Assembly: GCA_003838145.1 (NCBI GenBank)
Contig: QYZZ01000078.1
Span: forward strand, 25,587-89,586
Source: Tindallia sp. MSAO_Bac2
Lineage (GTDB): Bacteria > Bacillota > Clostridia > Peptostreptococcales > Tindalliaceae
DNA: 64,000 nt
Direction of reading: 5' to 3'
Made by a program: the position numbers and the translations under genes
Notes under the pieces: generated by a model
Databases searched by the model: none
What the model was told of the DNA's origin: nothing
The model's input: the letters and a program-made list of their open reading frames with translations, nothing else
In this document: piece after piece, positions 1 through 9,760 of the stretch
Layout: each line of letters starts with the position of its first letter
How positions within the stretch are numbered: the first letter of the stretch is position 1

Positions 1-983
1 AGGGTGATCAGAATCATTGAAATGGTCCACATCATACTCTGTAAACCACCCCTGGAAAGCAGTCCGTCAACGACTTCAACTCCGCTGTCCATAACAAAAC
101 CATTATCCATGGAGTTCATAATAGCGCCCACGTCAGCTCCCTGGAATATAAGCGCCCAGATGCCTCCAATAATGGCCCCGAGAGAAAGTGCAGCAATGGG
201 AGGAACTCGCTTAAGAATCATGGCCAGTACAATGATCAAAGGCAGCAGCATGATTGGATTAACATTAAAATTCGCCGTGATGGCACCACTGATTTCAGCG
301 ATTTGGCCGGTGTCCAGTTCAGAAGCGGCAAACCGGGACCCTAGTATGCCGAAAAGAACAAGGGCAATGATAAACCCCGGGCCGGAAATTTTTAACATAT
401 GCTTAATATGATCGTAAATGTTAACACCACCCGTACCGGATGCAACAACCGTGGTATCGGATAATGGCGATAATTTGTCCCCAAAATAAGCACCGGATAC
501 AATGGCACCTACCGTCATGCCGCTGGGAACGCCCAGACCTTCACCGATAACAAACATGGCAAGGCCAACAGTACCTAAAGAGTTCCAGGAACTTCCGGTA
601 AAAACGGAAACAAGGGCACAAATAATTAACGTAGCTGCCAGGAAGATCTGAGGTGAAATAATCTGCAATCCATAATAGACAATGGACGGCACAATGCCAC
701 CTTCGATCCAGGCACCAATGAGAATACCAACAATGGTCAGGATTAAAACGGCATCCAGGGCAAAATTGATTCCTTTCAGCATGCCCTCCTGCACGACATC
801 CCATTTATGCCCCATCCAAAATACAGCAATGGCAGCAGTGATGGCTACAGCGAAAAACAGTGGAATATGCGGATAAACACCAAAAACAAGATAAGCAAGC
901 ATAACACAAATTACCAGGACAATCAGCGGTGTAAAGGCTTGTGCAGTTGTCGGCTTGGGAAAATGTTTATTACTTTTTTCCAT
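1..983 (-). CDS. nhaC: Na+/H+ antiporter NhaC family (3' end runs off window)
   Basis: Manual translation from ATG 983: MEKSNKHF... hydrophobic, with GSSWNSLGTVG and GAYFGDKLSPLSDTT NhaC motifs; AGGAGG RBS at 991-996; absent from ORF track because no stop in window. Confidence 0.9.
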   Translation of the reverse strand, partial: MEKSNKHFPKPTTAQAFTPLIVLVICVMLAYLVFGVYPHIPLFFAVAITAAIAVFWMGHKWDVVQEGMLKGINFALDAVLILTIVGILIGAWIEGGIVPSIVYYGLQIISPQIFLAATLIICALVSVFTGSSWNSLGTVGLAMFVIGEGLGVPSGMTVGAIVSGAYFGDKLSPLSDTTVVASGTGGVNIYDHIKHMLKISGPGFIIALVLFGILGSRFAASELDTGQIAEISGAITANFNVNPIMLLPLIIVLAMILKRVPPIAALSLGAIIGGIWALIFQGADVGAIMNSMDNGFVMDSGVEVVDGLLSRGGLQSMMWTISMILIT

Positions 984-1169
984 TAATAACCCTCCTAAGA
1001 TAATAGATAAATTCGACTGACTATTGAATATGCATCGATAGTCTTGGGTATTTCAATTAATCCAGTTTTTTAACCACCTCCTAGAAGAATAGTTAAAGCA
1101 GATGACGGATTTTCAGAAAGATAATTGCGAAATTAAATACCCTGTCATGCACGCTTTATTGTAATTTGT

Positions 1170-1185
1170 TGCAATATTCGTGCCA
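1170..1185 (-). promoter_or_regulatory. sigma54 -24/-12 promoter for nhaC
   Basis: Minus strand reads TGGCAC-GAATA-TTGC. Confidence 0.8.
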
Positions 1186-1616
1186 TTCATCATAAAAACA
1201 GAAAATACTTGTTTATACCTCTCCGAAGCCCTGCCTTGCCCATCGGCACTAAAAGGGAGAGGAGCAGCTTGGTTCATAAATAATGAATTTTTGAATCAAC
1301 ACATATTAAAAAATGTTCCCGTTAAAAGCGGAGAGATTAAAACGGCAAAGCTTCACAGAGTGATTCATTAAAAACTCAACCGATTCAATAATGAATCAAA
1401 AAGAAACGGATTTATAATCGATTATATAAGAACTGTTGGGATTGATAAAAATTGTATACTTAACTCAAATAGTGAAACGAAAATGAAGAATGCGCAATTA
1501 AAGACAATTAATGATAAAATAAAGATAGAGAATTCAAATATCGGCATGTCAGTCTGTTTAGTAAACCGACCGGAGATGAAGAGTATTTCATTTAACAAGT
1601 GAAGGGAGAGAAGCGT

Positions 1617-1955
1617 ATGAAGAAAATCATTGCGTACACCAGCAATACGTGACCACACTGCATCAAAGCGAAGGAGTTTCTTTCGAAAAGCGGATACCTG
1701 TACGAAATTCGGGATGTTGATAAAGATCCGGATGCCAGAGCAGCCTTTACAAAACTGGGAGCCAGAGGAGTGCCTGCCTTCGAGATTGGGGGAGAGCTGG
1801 TGGTGGGTCTGGATCCGCAAAAACTGGAAAAACTGCTGGACTACATCATTAATTCATGTCCAAACTGTCATCGCCGGATGAGAGTTCCAAAAGGAAAAGG
1901 CAAAATACGTGTGACCTGCCCGCATTGTCAGCATAAGTACGTCACAGCAACATAA
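1617..1955 (+). CDS. Selenocysteine glutaredoxin-like protein (UPHC) with C-terminal Zn ribbon, 112 aa
   Basis: MKKIIAYTSNT-TGA(1650-1652)-PHCIKAKEFL...RGVPAFEIGG...CPNC...CPHC in one frame; RBS GGGAGAG; track shows only 1770-1955. Confidence 0.85.
1669..1685 (+). promoter_or_regulatory. Putative bacterial SECIS hairpin
   Basis: CGAAGGA-GTT-TCTTTCG stem starting 17 nt after TGA, G in apical loop. Confidence 0.55.
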
Positions 1956-1988
1956 TTCACAATTCATAATTCGTAATTCATAATTCAA
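1954..1988. repeat. Heptamer tandem array (AATTCRN) x5
   Basis: AATTCAC AATTCAT AATTCGT AATTCAT AATTCAA. Confidence 0.85.
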
Positions 1989-2007
1989 TGAAGCAGGGTG
2001 GTAAACA

Positions 2008-3834
2008 ATGGCTCAAATAAAAATATTATTTATTCAATACGACAAAACAATCAGACTTCCGGCTGGAACGCTGCTATCGGAAGCATGCCGGCAGGCAGGG
2101 CTTCCGATGGATCTGCTGTGCGGCGGTGGCGGAATCTGCGGAAAATGCCGGGTGCTGCTTCAGCAACAGGATCGTTTAGAATCTGTTCTGGCTTGTCAGA
2201 CCCGGGTAATGGAAGATCTGACCGTGGTGATGCCGGAAGGAAAACTGGAAAAACCGGAAAATCAATTCCTGACGGAAGGGGATGGAAGCTGGGAAAAAGG
2301 AAGAAGACTTTTTGTGCCGGCTCTTCGGAAAAAATCCGTCCACAAAGCAGACATAAAGAGGAGTTTGGCCAGCAGCACTGTTGAAGCCATTGAACAGATC
2401 ATCACCCAGGACGACGTTCCCGTCAGTCATTTTGAGGTGCCCTGGCGACAAATGAAACAGTTGGATGAAATGATTTCCAACCCGGAAACCGAAAAGTTTA
2501 CACTTATTCTGAATCAGGGTAAAGTAATGGGGATGCAGGAAGGGGATACTACCAGTCGCTTTTATGGAGCGGCTGTTGATATTGGCACCACATCTCTGGT
2601 GATGTATTTATACGATCTTTTCAGAGGTGAACAGGTAGCCGTATACTCCGGGAAAAATCCTCAGTGCGCCTGGGGTGCAGACGTCATCAGCCGGATTTTG
2701 CATGCTGAAGTTGATAAAGAGGGAGCCCGGGAACTTCAGTTAGCTGTCACCCGGGGAATCAACAGTATGATCGAAGAAGCGGCTGAATCATTTCCGGCAA
2801 TCAGAACGGATCTGTGGCAGCTGGTGATGGGTGGCAACAGTGCCATGCATCACCTGTTACTTGGATTCAACCCGAAAGAACTGGGTCAGAAGCCTTTTAG
2901 AACTCTAAGCCGGCATCAGATAGAAACCAGCGGAAAAGAGTTGGGGCTCTGTGCTCCTGAGCAAACCCGTGTTGTATTTTTGCCCTTGCTGGGAGGATTT
3001 GTGGGGGCAGACATTACAGCGGTACTGCTTTCCATAAAAGAAGATTATCGGCAGAGACTGATAATTGATTTGGGAACCAATGGGGAAATTGCTCTTGGCA
3101 GCGGAACAAAGTACCGGGTTGCATCCACTGCCTGCGGACCGGCGCTGGAAGGTGCAGGCCTAGCCTGTGGAATGCGGGCGACGGCCGGCGCCATAGAAAG
3201 CGTGGATATGAAAAAGGGTCAGGTGAAGGTGGGGGTTATTGGTGGTGGGAAAGCTTCAGGGATCTGTGGATCCGGAGTGGTGGACCTGGTAGCAGAGCTT
3301 CTTCGGAAGGGAATACTGGAAGCTTCCGGCCGCATGCTCGACAGAGACACCTTTGTTCATCAGAACCCCTACAGTCCGCTGGCGGAACGGCTGGTGACGA
3401 TTGGGGATGCGAATGCTTTCATGATTGCTTTTCCTGAAGAAAGCCATAGGGAGGAAGGTGTTTATCTGACTCAAAAAGACCTTCGGCAAATTCAGATGGC
3501 AAAATCCGCCATATATACCGGATGCTTCATGTTGATGGAAAAAGCCGGAATAAGTAAAGAGGATTTAGATGAAATACTACTGGCAGGTGCTTTTGGAAAT
3601 TATATTCATATAGGGAATGCTCAGCAAATAGGCATGATACCATGCTTTGAAGGAGTCGCAGCCAGGTCTGTTGGCAATGCTGCCGGAACCGGCCTGCAGC
3701 AGGTGCTTCTGGACTGCAGGGAAGAAAAATGCGGAGAAGAGCTGGCGAAACAGGCGCTTCACATCGAATTGGCGGAAGATCCTTCCTTTCAGGAACAGTT
3801 CATGAAGCATCTCGAATTTGGGATGCGGAAGTAA
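2008..3834 (+). CDS. ASKHA-domain [2Fe-2S] protein, RACo/RamA-type corrinoid reductive activator (DUF4445)
   Basis: N-terminal CGGGGICGKC..LAC ferredoxin; VDIGTT, IDLGTNGEI, CGPALEG, GICGSG, LAGAFG, GNAAG motifs. Confidence 0.88.
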   Translation: MAQIKILFIQYDKTIRLPAGTLLSEACRQAGLPMDLLCGGGGICGKCRVLLQQQDRLESVLACQTRVMEDLTVVMPEGKLEKPENQFLTEGDGSWEKGRRLFVPALRKKSVHKADIKRSLASSTVEAIEQIITQDDVPVSHFEVPWRQMKQLDEMISNPETEKFTLILNQGKVMGMQEGDTTSRFYGAAVDIGTTSLVMYLYDLFRGEQVAVYSGKNPQCAWGADVISRILHAEVDKEGARELQLAVTRGINSMIEEAAESFPAIRTDLWQLVMGGNSAMHHLLLGFNPKELGQKPFRTLSRHQIETSGKELGLCAPEQTRVVFLPLLGGFVGADITAVLLSIKEDYRQRLIIDLGTNGEIALGSGTKYRVASTACGPALEGAGLACGMRATAGAIESVDMKKGQVKVGVIGGGKASGICGSGVVDLVAELLRKGILEASGRMLDRDTFVHQNPYSPLAERLVTIGDANAFMIAFPEESHREEGVYLTQKDLRQIQMAKSAIYTGCFMLMEKAGISKEDLDEILLAGAFGNYIHIGNAQQIGMIPCFEGVAARSVGNAAGTGLQQVLLDCREEKCGEELAKQALHIELAEDPSFQEQFMKHLEFGMRK

Positions 3835-3841
3835 ACAAACC

Positions 3842-4216
3842 TTATCGGTTCAGATACTTCCGCATTCTCTCCTCGTCATCCTTTTCCAGACCCCGCTCTC
3901 CGGCCAGGCTCTCCAAATGATGGGTAAATTCATGAAACAGAACGTCTTTTACTTTCTCGTAGAGTTTTGCTCTGGATAACCCACGATAAACCTGTCGGAA
4001 AGACCCATAGTAAATGAAAATTTGCCGACCCATCTGATCCCTTCTATATTGACCCATTACATATAAAGGCTGGCCTGGTTTGGAATGCGTATGTTTTTTG
4101 GAACGCTCCAGCAAAACAACGCCCCCGTGCAATTCCTTAAAAAAATCCTGAGGGATTTCATCGGAAATATCGTTTAACATTTCATGAAATTCGTCAACTG
4201 AGGGAAACTTTGACAT
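3842..4216 (-). CDS. Minimal zincin-like metallopeptidase family protein
   Basis: HEFTH Zn motif in 124-aa ORF; I.IYYGSF motif. Confidence 0.75.
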   Translation of the reverse strand: MSKFPSVDEFHEMLNDISDEIPQDFFKELHGGVVLLERSKKHTHSKPGQPLYVMGQYRRDQMGRQIFIYYGSFRQVYRGLSRAKLYEKVKDVLFHEFTHHLESLAGERGLEKDDEERMRKYLNR

Positions 4217-4391
4217 AATAACCTTCCTTTAATCTTTTTTTTCATTGTATGCTATAAGGAGCACTTGTTTCAAGTGCATATCTCTTTCCAAGTTTATGGT
4301 TCATAAACGCCATATTTATGATATGATGAAAAATGGCTGATTTAAAGAACGGCTAAAGATTTAAGCTTTGCAAGAAGGAGAATACTATATT

Positions 4392-5186
4392 ATGCGAATG
4401 ATTAAAAAACTTGTAGGGAGGTTGATTTTTGGCTTTGCCAAAGTGCTTTCCCATACCTTGGATGGTTTGGTTTATGCCATTGAAACAGGGGTACTGCTGG
4501 CGAAAAGTTTTCTGAAAGGCTGCGCTGTGCTGATTAGCATGGGTGGATGTCTTTTTATACTCCTGATGATCGGACCGTTGGGAACTTTGTTGCTTCGCAA
4601 TCCTGTTGCTCTGCCATTATTGTTTCTGATAATGATTTTTCCGGTTATTGGAGCCATTTCGATTGTATATCTAAAATATATTAAGTACATTACCACGAAG
4701 TATCTTTTTCATCTGGCTGAACACCTGATGGACAGCGAGAAGGTGCAATATCGTTCTTTTGGCGAATTCAAAGAAGACTTCAGAAGAGCCGAAGAAGAAA
4801 GAATCAGACGCGAGCAGGAACGGCGTCGGCAACAGCAACGACAGTGGGAAGAACGTTTTCGGCAGTGGCATCAGCAAAGTGGCGGATGGCAGGGAACGTA
4901 TCAAAGAGGTTACAGTGGCGGGTATGGAAGCCAGGGAGGCTTTGGACCAACTGGCGGAAACCCATACGAAGAGTTTAAGCAAAAATACAGGGAAAGCTGT
5001 GAAATACTGGGTGTTTCCGAAGAGGCTGATCAGTATCGGATAAAGCTGGCATATCGAAAAAAAGCCAAGGAATTTCACCCGGATGTCAATAAAGACCCGC
5101 AGGCTACACAAAAATTTCAAAAGATCAATGAAGCTTACGAATTTCTTAACGAAGACAATATTCAGAGATATCAACGTATGCAGTGA
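4392..5186 (+). CDS. Membrane protein with C-terminal DnaJ (J) domain
   Basis: N-terminal TM helices, Q/R coiled region, G-rich linker, [16 protein letters not shown]-domain; start after AAGGAG. Confidence 0.88.
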   Translation: MRMIKKLVGRLIFGFAKVLSHTLDGLVYAIETGVLLAKSFLKGCAVLISMGGCLFILLMIGPLGTLLLRNPVALPLLFLIMIFPVIGAISIVYLKYIKYITTKYLFHLAEHLMDSEKVQYRSFGEFKEDFRRAEEERIRREQERRRQQQRQWEERFRQWHQQSGGWQGTYQRGYSGGYGSQGGFGPTGGNPYEEFKQKYRESCEILGVSEEADQYRIKLAYRKKAKEFHPDVNKDPQATQKFQKINEAYEFLNEDNIQRYQRMQ

Positions 5187-5266
5187 TTGTAGGCGTATGA
5201 AGAAAACTATACATTGAAAAGAATTTTTGATCTACTTAAAGATGTGATGACGAAAGGGAGTTGGCG

Positions 5267-6460
5267 ATGAAAAGAAGTGTAGGGACCGTTGCGAGAGGCA
5301 TTAGAACACCCATTGTATCTCAGGGAGACAGTATTGAAAAAATTGTTATTGACAGCATTCAAAAGGCTGCAGAGCAGGAAGGTTTCTCTATAAGGGACCG
5401 GGATATCATTGGCATTACCGAATCGGTAGTGGCCCGTGCTCAGGGAAATTATGCCAGTGCCGATGACATAGCCATAGATGTTAAAAGTAAACTTGGAGGA
5501 CAGAAACTGGGTCTTCTTTATCCTATCCTTAGCCGCAACCGATTTGCCGTACTGTTGCGTGGTATTGCAAGAAGCACCAGTCATATTGTTCTTATGCTCA
5601 ACTATCCTTCCGACGAAGTTGGAAATCCACTGGTCAGTATCGATGAACTGGATGCCAGAGGGATTGATCCCTGGACAGATCATCTGACGGAAGAAGATTT
5701 TCGCAATGCTTTTGGCGTAACCGTGCACCCCTTTACCGGCGTTGACTATGTTGAGTATTATCGTTCCATTATTGAGGAAAGCGGCGCTGAATGTACGATT
5801 CTTTTTTCTAACCGGCCTGAAACCGTGCTGGAGCATACGGACCAGGTACTTACCTGTGATGTTCATACCCGCTCCCGAACGAAACGCCAGCTTTTAAATG
5901 CCGGGGCAAAAAAAGTATACTGTCTGGATGAAATTCTGACAGAACCTGTTAACGGTAGCGGATACAATCCGGAATACGGGCTGTTGGGTTCCAATAAGGC
6001 AACGGAAGAGACCATAAAACTTTTTCCCCGGGATTGCCAGATGCTGGCAGAAAGAATCCGGAATAAGCTGAAAGAACAGACGGGAAAAATCGTGGAAGTA
6101 TTGGTTTATGGTGATGGAGCCTTCAAAGATCCTCAGGGGAAAATATGGGAACTGGCAGATCCGGTGGTATCGCCTGGCTACACGGAAGGTCTGGAAGGAA
6201 CACCCAATGAAGTAAAGATTAAGTATCTGGCAGACAATGACTTTGCAGATCTGGAGGGGGAAGCCCTGCAGGATGCAATTTCGCAACACATCAGCAGTAA
6301 AAAAGAGAATCTGGTGGGGGCAATGGAAGCTCAGGGAACGACCCCCAGAAAACTGACGGATTTAATTGGTTCACTCTGCGATCTGACATCCGGAAGCGGA
6401 GATAAAGGCACACCGGTGGTGTATATCCAGGGATATTTTGACAGTTACATCGAAAGATAA
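5267..6460 (+). CDS. CofE-like (F420-0:gamma-glutamyl ligase family) protein
   Basis: GIRTPIVSQGD, ITESVVARAQGN, DLIGSLCDLTSGSGDKGTPVVYIQGY motifs. Confidence 0.8.
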   Translation: MKRSVGTVARGIRTPIVSQGDSIEKIVIDSIQKAAEQEGFSIRDRDIIGITESVVARAQGNYASADDIAIDVKSKLGGQKLGLLYPILSRNRFAVLLRGIARSTSHIVLMLNYPSDEVGNPLVSIDELDARGIDPWTDHLTEEDFRNAFGVTVHPFTGVDYVEYYRSIIEESGAECTILFSNRPETVLEHTDQVLTCDVHTRSRTKRQLLNAGAKKVYCLDEILTEPVNGSGYNPEYGLLGSNKATEETIKLFPRDCQMLAERIRNKLKEQTGKIVEVLVYGDGAFKDPQGKIWELADPVVSPGYTEGLEGTPNEVKIKYLADNDFADLEGEALQDAISQHISSKKENLVGAMEAQGTTPRKLTDLIGSLCDLTSGSGDKGTPVVYIQGYFDSYIER

Positions 6461-6538
6461 ACATAATTCAAAAATATGAAATAATTTGCGCAATTCATGA
6501 AAAGTTTTGCGTAGTATAGAGAAAAGCTAAATTATAAA

Positions 6539-6582
6539 ATGGCCTGATTGCTGGTGTTCAGCAATCAGGCCATATATTTTTT
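6539..6582 (+). terminator. Intrinsic terminator-like hairpin
   Basis: Perfect 15-bp IR ATGGCCTGATTGCTG/CAGCAATCAGGCCAT followed by T run. Confidence 0.7.
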
Positions 6583-6583
6583 T

Positions 6584-6599
6584 TGGCACGGTAATTGCT
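6584..6599 (+). promoter_or_regulatory. sigma54 -24/-12 promoter for TRAP-KamA-amidase operon
   Basis: TGGCAC-GGTAA-TTGCT. Confidence 0.85.
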
Positions 6600-6705
6600 C
6601 TAATAGATAAGTATGTCAATCAGCCGATTAAGAAGTTCGGCGGCACTTTAGTAAGATTTGCTGATTTTTCATAAACTTGATTACAACTTGAAAGGAGCTG
6701 AAATA

Positions 6706-7236
6706 ATGGAGGATAAAAACATGGAAACATCTGTTGGAAAACTGGAAAAGATGATTGATAAATTGGAAATGTCGGCAGTTTATCTCAGCAGTCTCGGAGT
6801 CATTGTGATGATGTTTCTTGTGACGGCAGATGTATCGCGACGATATTTGTTCAATCGACCTATTAGAGGTGGCATGGAGGTAACAGAAATTATTATGGTG
6901 ATCATTGTTTTCCTGGGTATTTCATACGCTCAAAAACAAAAGGCACATGTAGGATGTGATGTCTTTTACGACCGGATACCAAGCGAAAAGCTCAAAGCCA
7001 TTATTGCGCTGATTCAATACGTTATTTCCATAGTGATTTCTTTTGCTATGAGTTACTACACATTCATGAGAACCATCGTGGCCCACAGAACCGGAGTTAG
7101 CAGCATATACATGTACTGGCCGCTGTGGCCCCTGCCATTAATTGCAGCGATAGGCTTTGCGCTGTTAGGGCTCAGACTGATGCTGGATACACGCGATCAG
7201 TTTCTGAAAGTAAAGCAGATGAAAAATCAACTGTAG
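6706..7236 (+). CDS. dctQ: TRAP transporter small permease
   Basis: 4 TM; ADVSRRYLFNRPI, HVGCDVF DctQ motifs. Confidence 0.9.
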   Translation: MEDKNMETSVGKLEKMIDKLEMSAVYLSSLGVIVMMFLVTADVSRRYLFNRPIRGGMEVTEIIMVIIVFLGISYAQKQKAHVGCDVFYDRIPSEKLKAIIALIQYVISIVISFAMSYYTFMRTIVAHRTGVSSIYMYWPLWPLPLIAAIGFALLGLRLMLDTRDQFLKVKQMKNQL

Positions 7237-7245
7237 GAAGAAAGG

Positions 7246-8556
7246 GTGAAAGTTGTGGAACATATAGGCTTTATAGGAATAGCGGTGTTGTTGTTATTAG
7301 TTTTTTCAGGAATGAGAGTTGCCTATGCTGTGATGCTGGTTGGTGGTCTTGGTCTGTTTCTTGTAAGAGGATTCTCCGGTGGCGGCGTTGGTGAATTTTT
7401 AGGATATATTCCTACTTCGCTGGCAGGCACCTACACATACAGTGTCATTCCACTCTTTATTCTTATGGGCTATTTTGTTTATTATTCGGGATTAACAGAT
7501 GAATTATTCGAGTGTGCCAGTGCTTGGGTTCGCCATATTCCAGGAGGCCTTCCTATTGCAACAGCACTATCCTGTGGCGTGTTTGCAGCAACCTCCGGAG
7601 CAAGTGTTGCATCATCGGCTATTTTTGCGAAAATTGCCATCCCTAAAATGCTTGATGCAAACGTTGATAAACGGCTTGCGGCTGGAATTGTTGCAACAGG
7701 TGGTACCATAGCGGCACTGATTCCCCCCAGTGCCATTATGGTTATCTTTGCCATACTCACAGAGCAATCTGTAGCTTTTATGCTGATGGCAGGTGTGTTG
7801 CCAGGTATTCTGACTATATTATTTTTGGTTCTCATTATTTATATACGAGCCAAGTTAGACCCAGCTTTGGCTCCTACCCTTCCAGCAGCCAGCTGGAAAG
7901 AACGTTTTCAAACAACGAAAAAAATCTTCGCCATTCCAGCGATTATTGTCATTATTATTGGAGGTATTTATACAGGAATGTTTTCACCCACTGAAGCAGG
8001 AGGGATGGGAGCCTTCGTGGCGTTAATAATGGTTATAGCCAAAAGAAAATTAACGATGAAGGTGTTGATGGAATCACTGGTAGAAACAGTTAAAACGACA
8101 AGCTTTGTGTTCTTTCTGATGATTGCGATAACCATATTTCTCAGATTCTTAGTATTAACAGGTACGGTAGGAGCAATTACAGGATTTGCACTTGACCTAC
8201 CTATTTCTCCCATTGCGGTGCTTACAGTTATTTTACTGATTCATGTTTTACTTGGGATGTTTATGGACGCCATAAGCATGATGATGTTGACGGTTCCAAT
8301 TTTTTTTCCGGTAGTAGTTGCGCTGGGATACAATCCTATCTGGTTGGGTATTCTTGTAGTAAAAATGGGTGAGCTTAGCTTGATTACACCACCTATTGGG
8401 CTCAACTGTTATGTGGTTGCCGGTTCGACGGACAGAGTCTCTGTTGATGATGTTTTCAGGGGAATCCTTCCCTTTACGCTTGCAGATGTTGCTGTGGTTA
8501 TACTGGTTATAATATTCCCGGCATTAGCATTATACCTGCCAAGTATGATGGGTTAA
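7246..8556 (+). CDS. dctM: TRAP transporter large permease
   Basis: IPLFILMG, ALIPPSAIMVIF, FSPTEAG, LITPPIGLN motifs. Confidence 0.93.
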   Translation: MKVVEHIGFIGIAVLLLLVFSGMRVAYAVMLVGGLGLFLVRGFSGGGVGEFLGYIPTSLAGTYTYSVIPLFILMGYFVYYSGLTDELFECASAWVRHIPGGLPIATALSCGVFAATSGASVASSAIFAKIAIPKMLDANVDKRLAAGIVATGGTIAALIPPSAIMVIFAILTEQSVAFMLMAGVLPGILTILFLVLIIYIRAKLDPALAPTLPAASWKERFQTTKKIFAIPAIIVIIIGGIYTGMFSPTEAGGMGAFVALIMVIAKRKLTMKVLMESLVETVKTTSFVFFLMIAITIFLRFLVLTGTVGAITGFALDLPISPIAVLTVILLIHVLLGMFMDAISMMMLTVPIFFPVVVALGYNPIWLGILVVKMGELSLITPPIGLNCYVVAGSTDRVSVDDVFRGILPFTLADVAVVILVIIFPALALYLPSMMG

Positions 8557-8659
8557 GCACTTTATTTAAAGAAAGAGGTGATTTGTTACAAAAAAACTTC
8601 GTTGACAGAAAAATGGAAAAAAAGTTTTTAAAAAGAGCAATTAAAAAAGGAGGATTAGC

Positions 8660-9739
8660 ATGTATAAAAATCGATGGCTAACAATTCTATTGGCAATCAT
8701 GATGGTGCTTACACTTGTTGGATGTGGAGGTGGAAATGGAAACGATCAGGTATCGGGTAACGGTGGAGAAGATAATCCTGAACCAGCAGATGAAATTATT
8801 CACTGGGATGTGTCTATCTATGGAGCGAGCAGAGCCTGGACTAAACCTGTTGAGGAGTGGGCTGATACAATGCATGAAAGAACCGATGGACGCTGGGTTA
8901 TCGAGTTGCACTATGGTGAAGTGCTGGCTCCGGCAGCAGAAAACCTGGAAGGTGCATCTTCAAGACTCTTTGAAGTTGGAGCTGTATGTCCGTTCTATTC
9001 GCCAGGAACATTGCCGCTAAATCAGGTAATGGATTTGCCTTTTCTACCACCTATGAGCAATGAAGATATTGTCACATTCCAAAAGGCAATCTGGGATCAC
9101 CCGGACGTAATTGCAGAATTTGAAAATCATAATGTAGTGCCACTTATACCAACGGGTTTGCCTCAATTGGAAGCCATGTCAAAATCTCCTATCAGAACGG
9201 CAGAAGACTGGGATGGCATTCGAATGGCTGGTATGAGTGCGGAATTAGGTTATGTATTAGAAGAATTTGGCGGAGTGCCGAATCCGATGCCAGCACCAGA
9301 CGTTTATATGTCGCTGGACAGAGGAGTTTTGGATACTGTTATTATGCATAACACGTATGCCTTTGGCTCCTATTCTTTTCATGAAGTTACAGACTACTAC
9401 GTAACGGATCTCGCTCTGGGAACAGTTGCTGCCTTTTATGTAGCGAATAAAGACGCTTGGGAAGAGCTGCCACAAGAATTCCGGGATATTCATATGGAAT
9501 TCTACGACGATATGGAAGCTATCGGAGCGAAGTATTATGCAGAAGCAGATGAAGAGTTCGAACCATTATTTAAGGAAAACATGGAACACATTGCTTTTCC
9601 TGCAGAAGAGAGAGAAAAACTGGAAGCAGAAGCGGAAAAAATATGGCAGGAATGGGCGGAAAGATGGGAAGACAGAGGCGATAGTCATGGCTTACTTGAG
9701 CAAATGATTGAATTAAGCGATCAGTTGGATTCTCAATAA
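8660..9739 (+). CDS. dctP: TRAP substrate-binding lipoprotein
   Basis: Lipobox LVGC; VYMSLDRGVLD DctP motif; follows dctQM. Confidence 0.9.
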   Translation: MYKNRWLTILLAIMMVLTLVGCGGGNGNDQVSGNGGEDNPEPADEIIHWDVSIYGASRAWTKPVEEWADTMHERTDGRWVIELHYGEVLAPAAENLEGASSRLFEVGAVCPFYSPGTLPLNQVMDLPFLPPMSNEDIVTFQKAIWDHPDVIAEFENHNVVPLIPTGLPQLEAMSKSPIRTAEDWDGIRMAGMSAELGYVLEEFGGVPNPMPAPDVYMSLDRGVLDTVIMHNTYAFGSYSFHEVTDYYVTDLALGTVAAFYVANKDAWEELPQEFRDIHMEFYDDMEAIGAKYYAEADEEFEPLFKENMEHIAFPAEEREKLEAEAEKIWQEWAERWEDRGDSHGLLEQMIELSDQLDSQ

Positions 9740-9760
9740 ATAAAATGAGGAGGGCTGTAG

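Noticed and set aside
4-876. Track ORFs 4-411, 541-804, 682-876
   Set aside because: Shadows of the minus-strand nhaC frame, which the track missed because it has no stop in the window
1020-1090. Second AGGAGG in the nhaC leader suggesting a leader peptide
   Set aside because: No suitably spaced start; only very short frames follow
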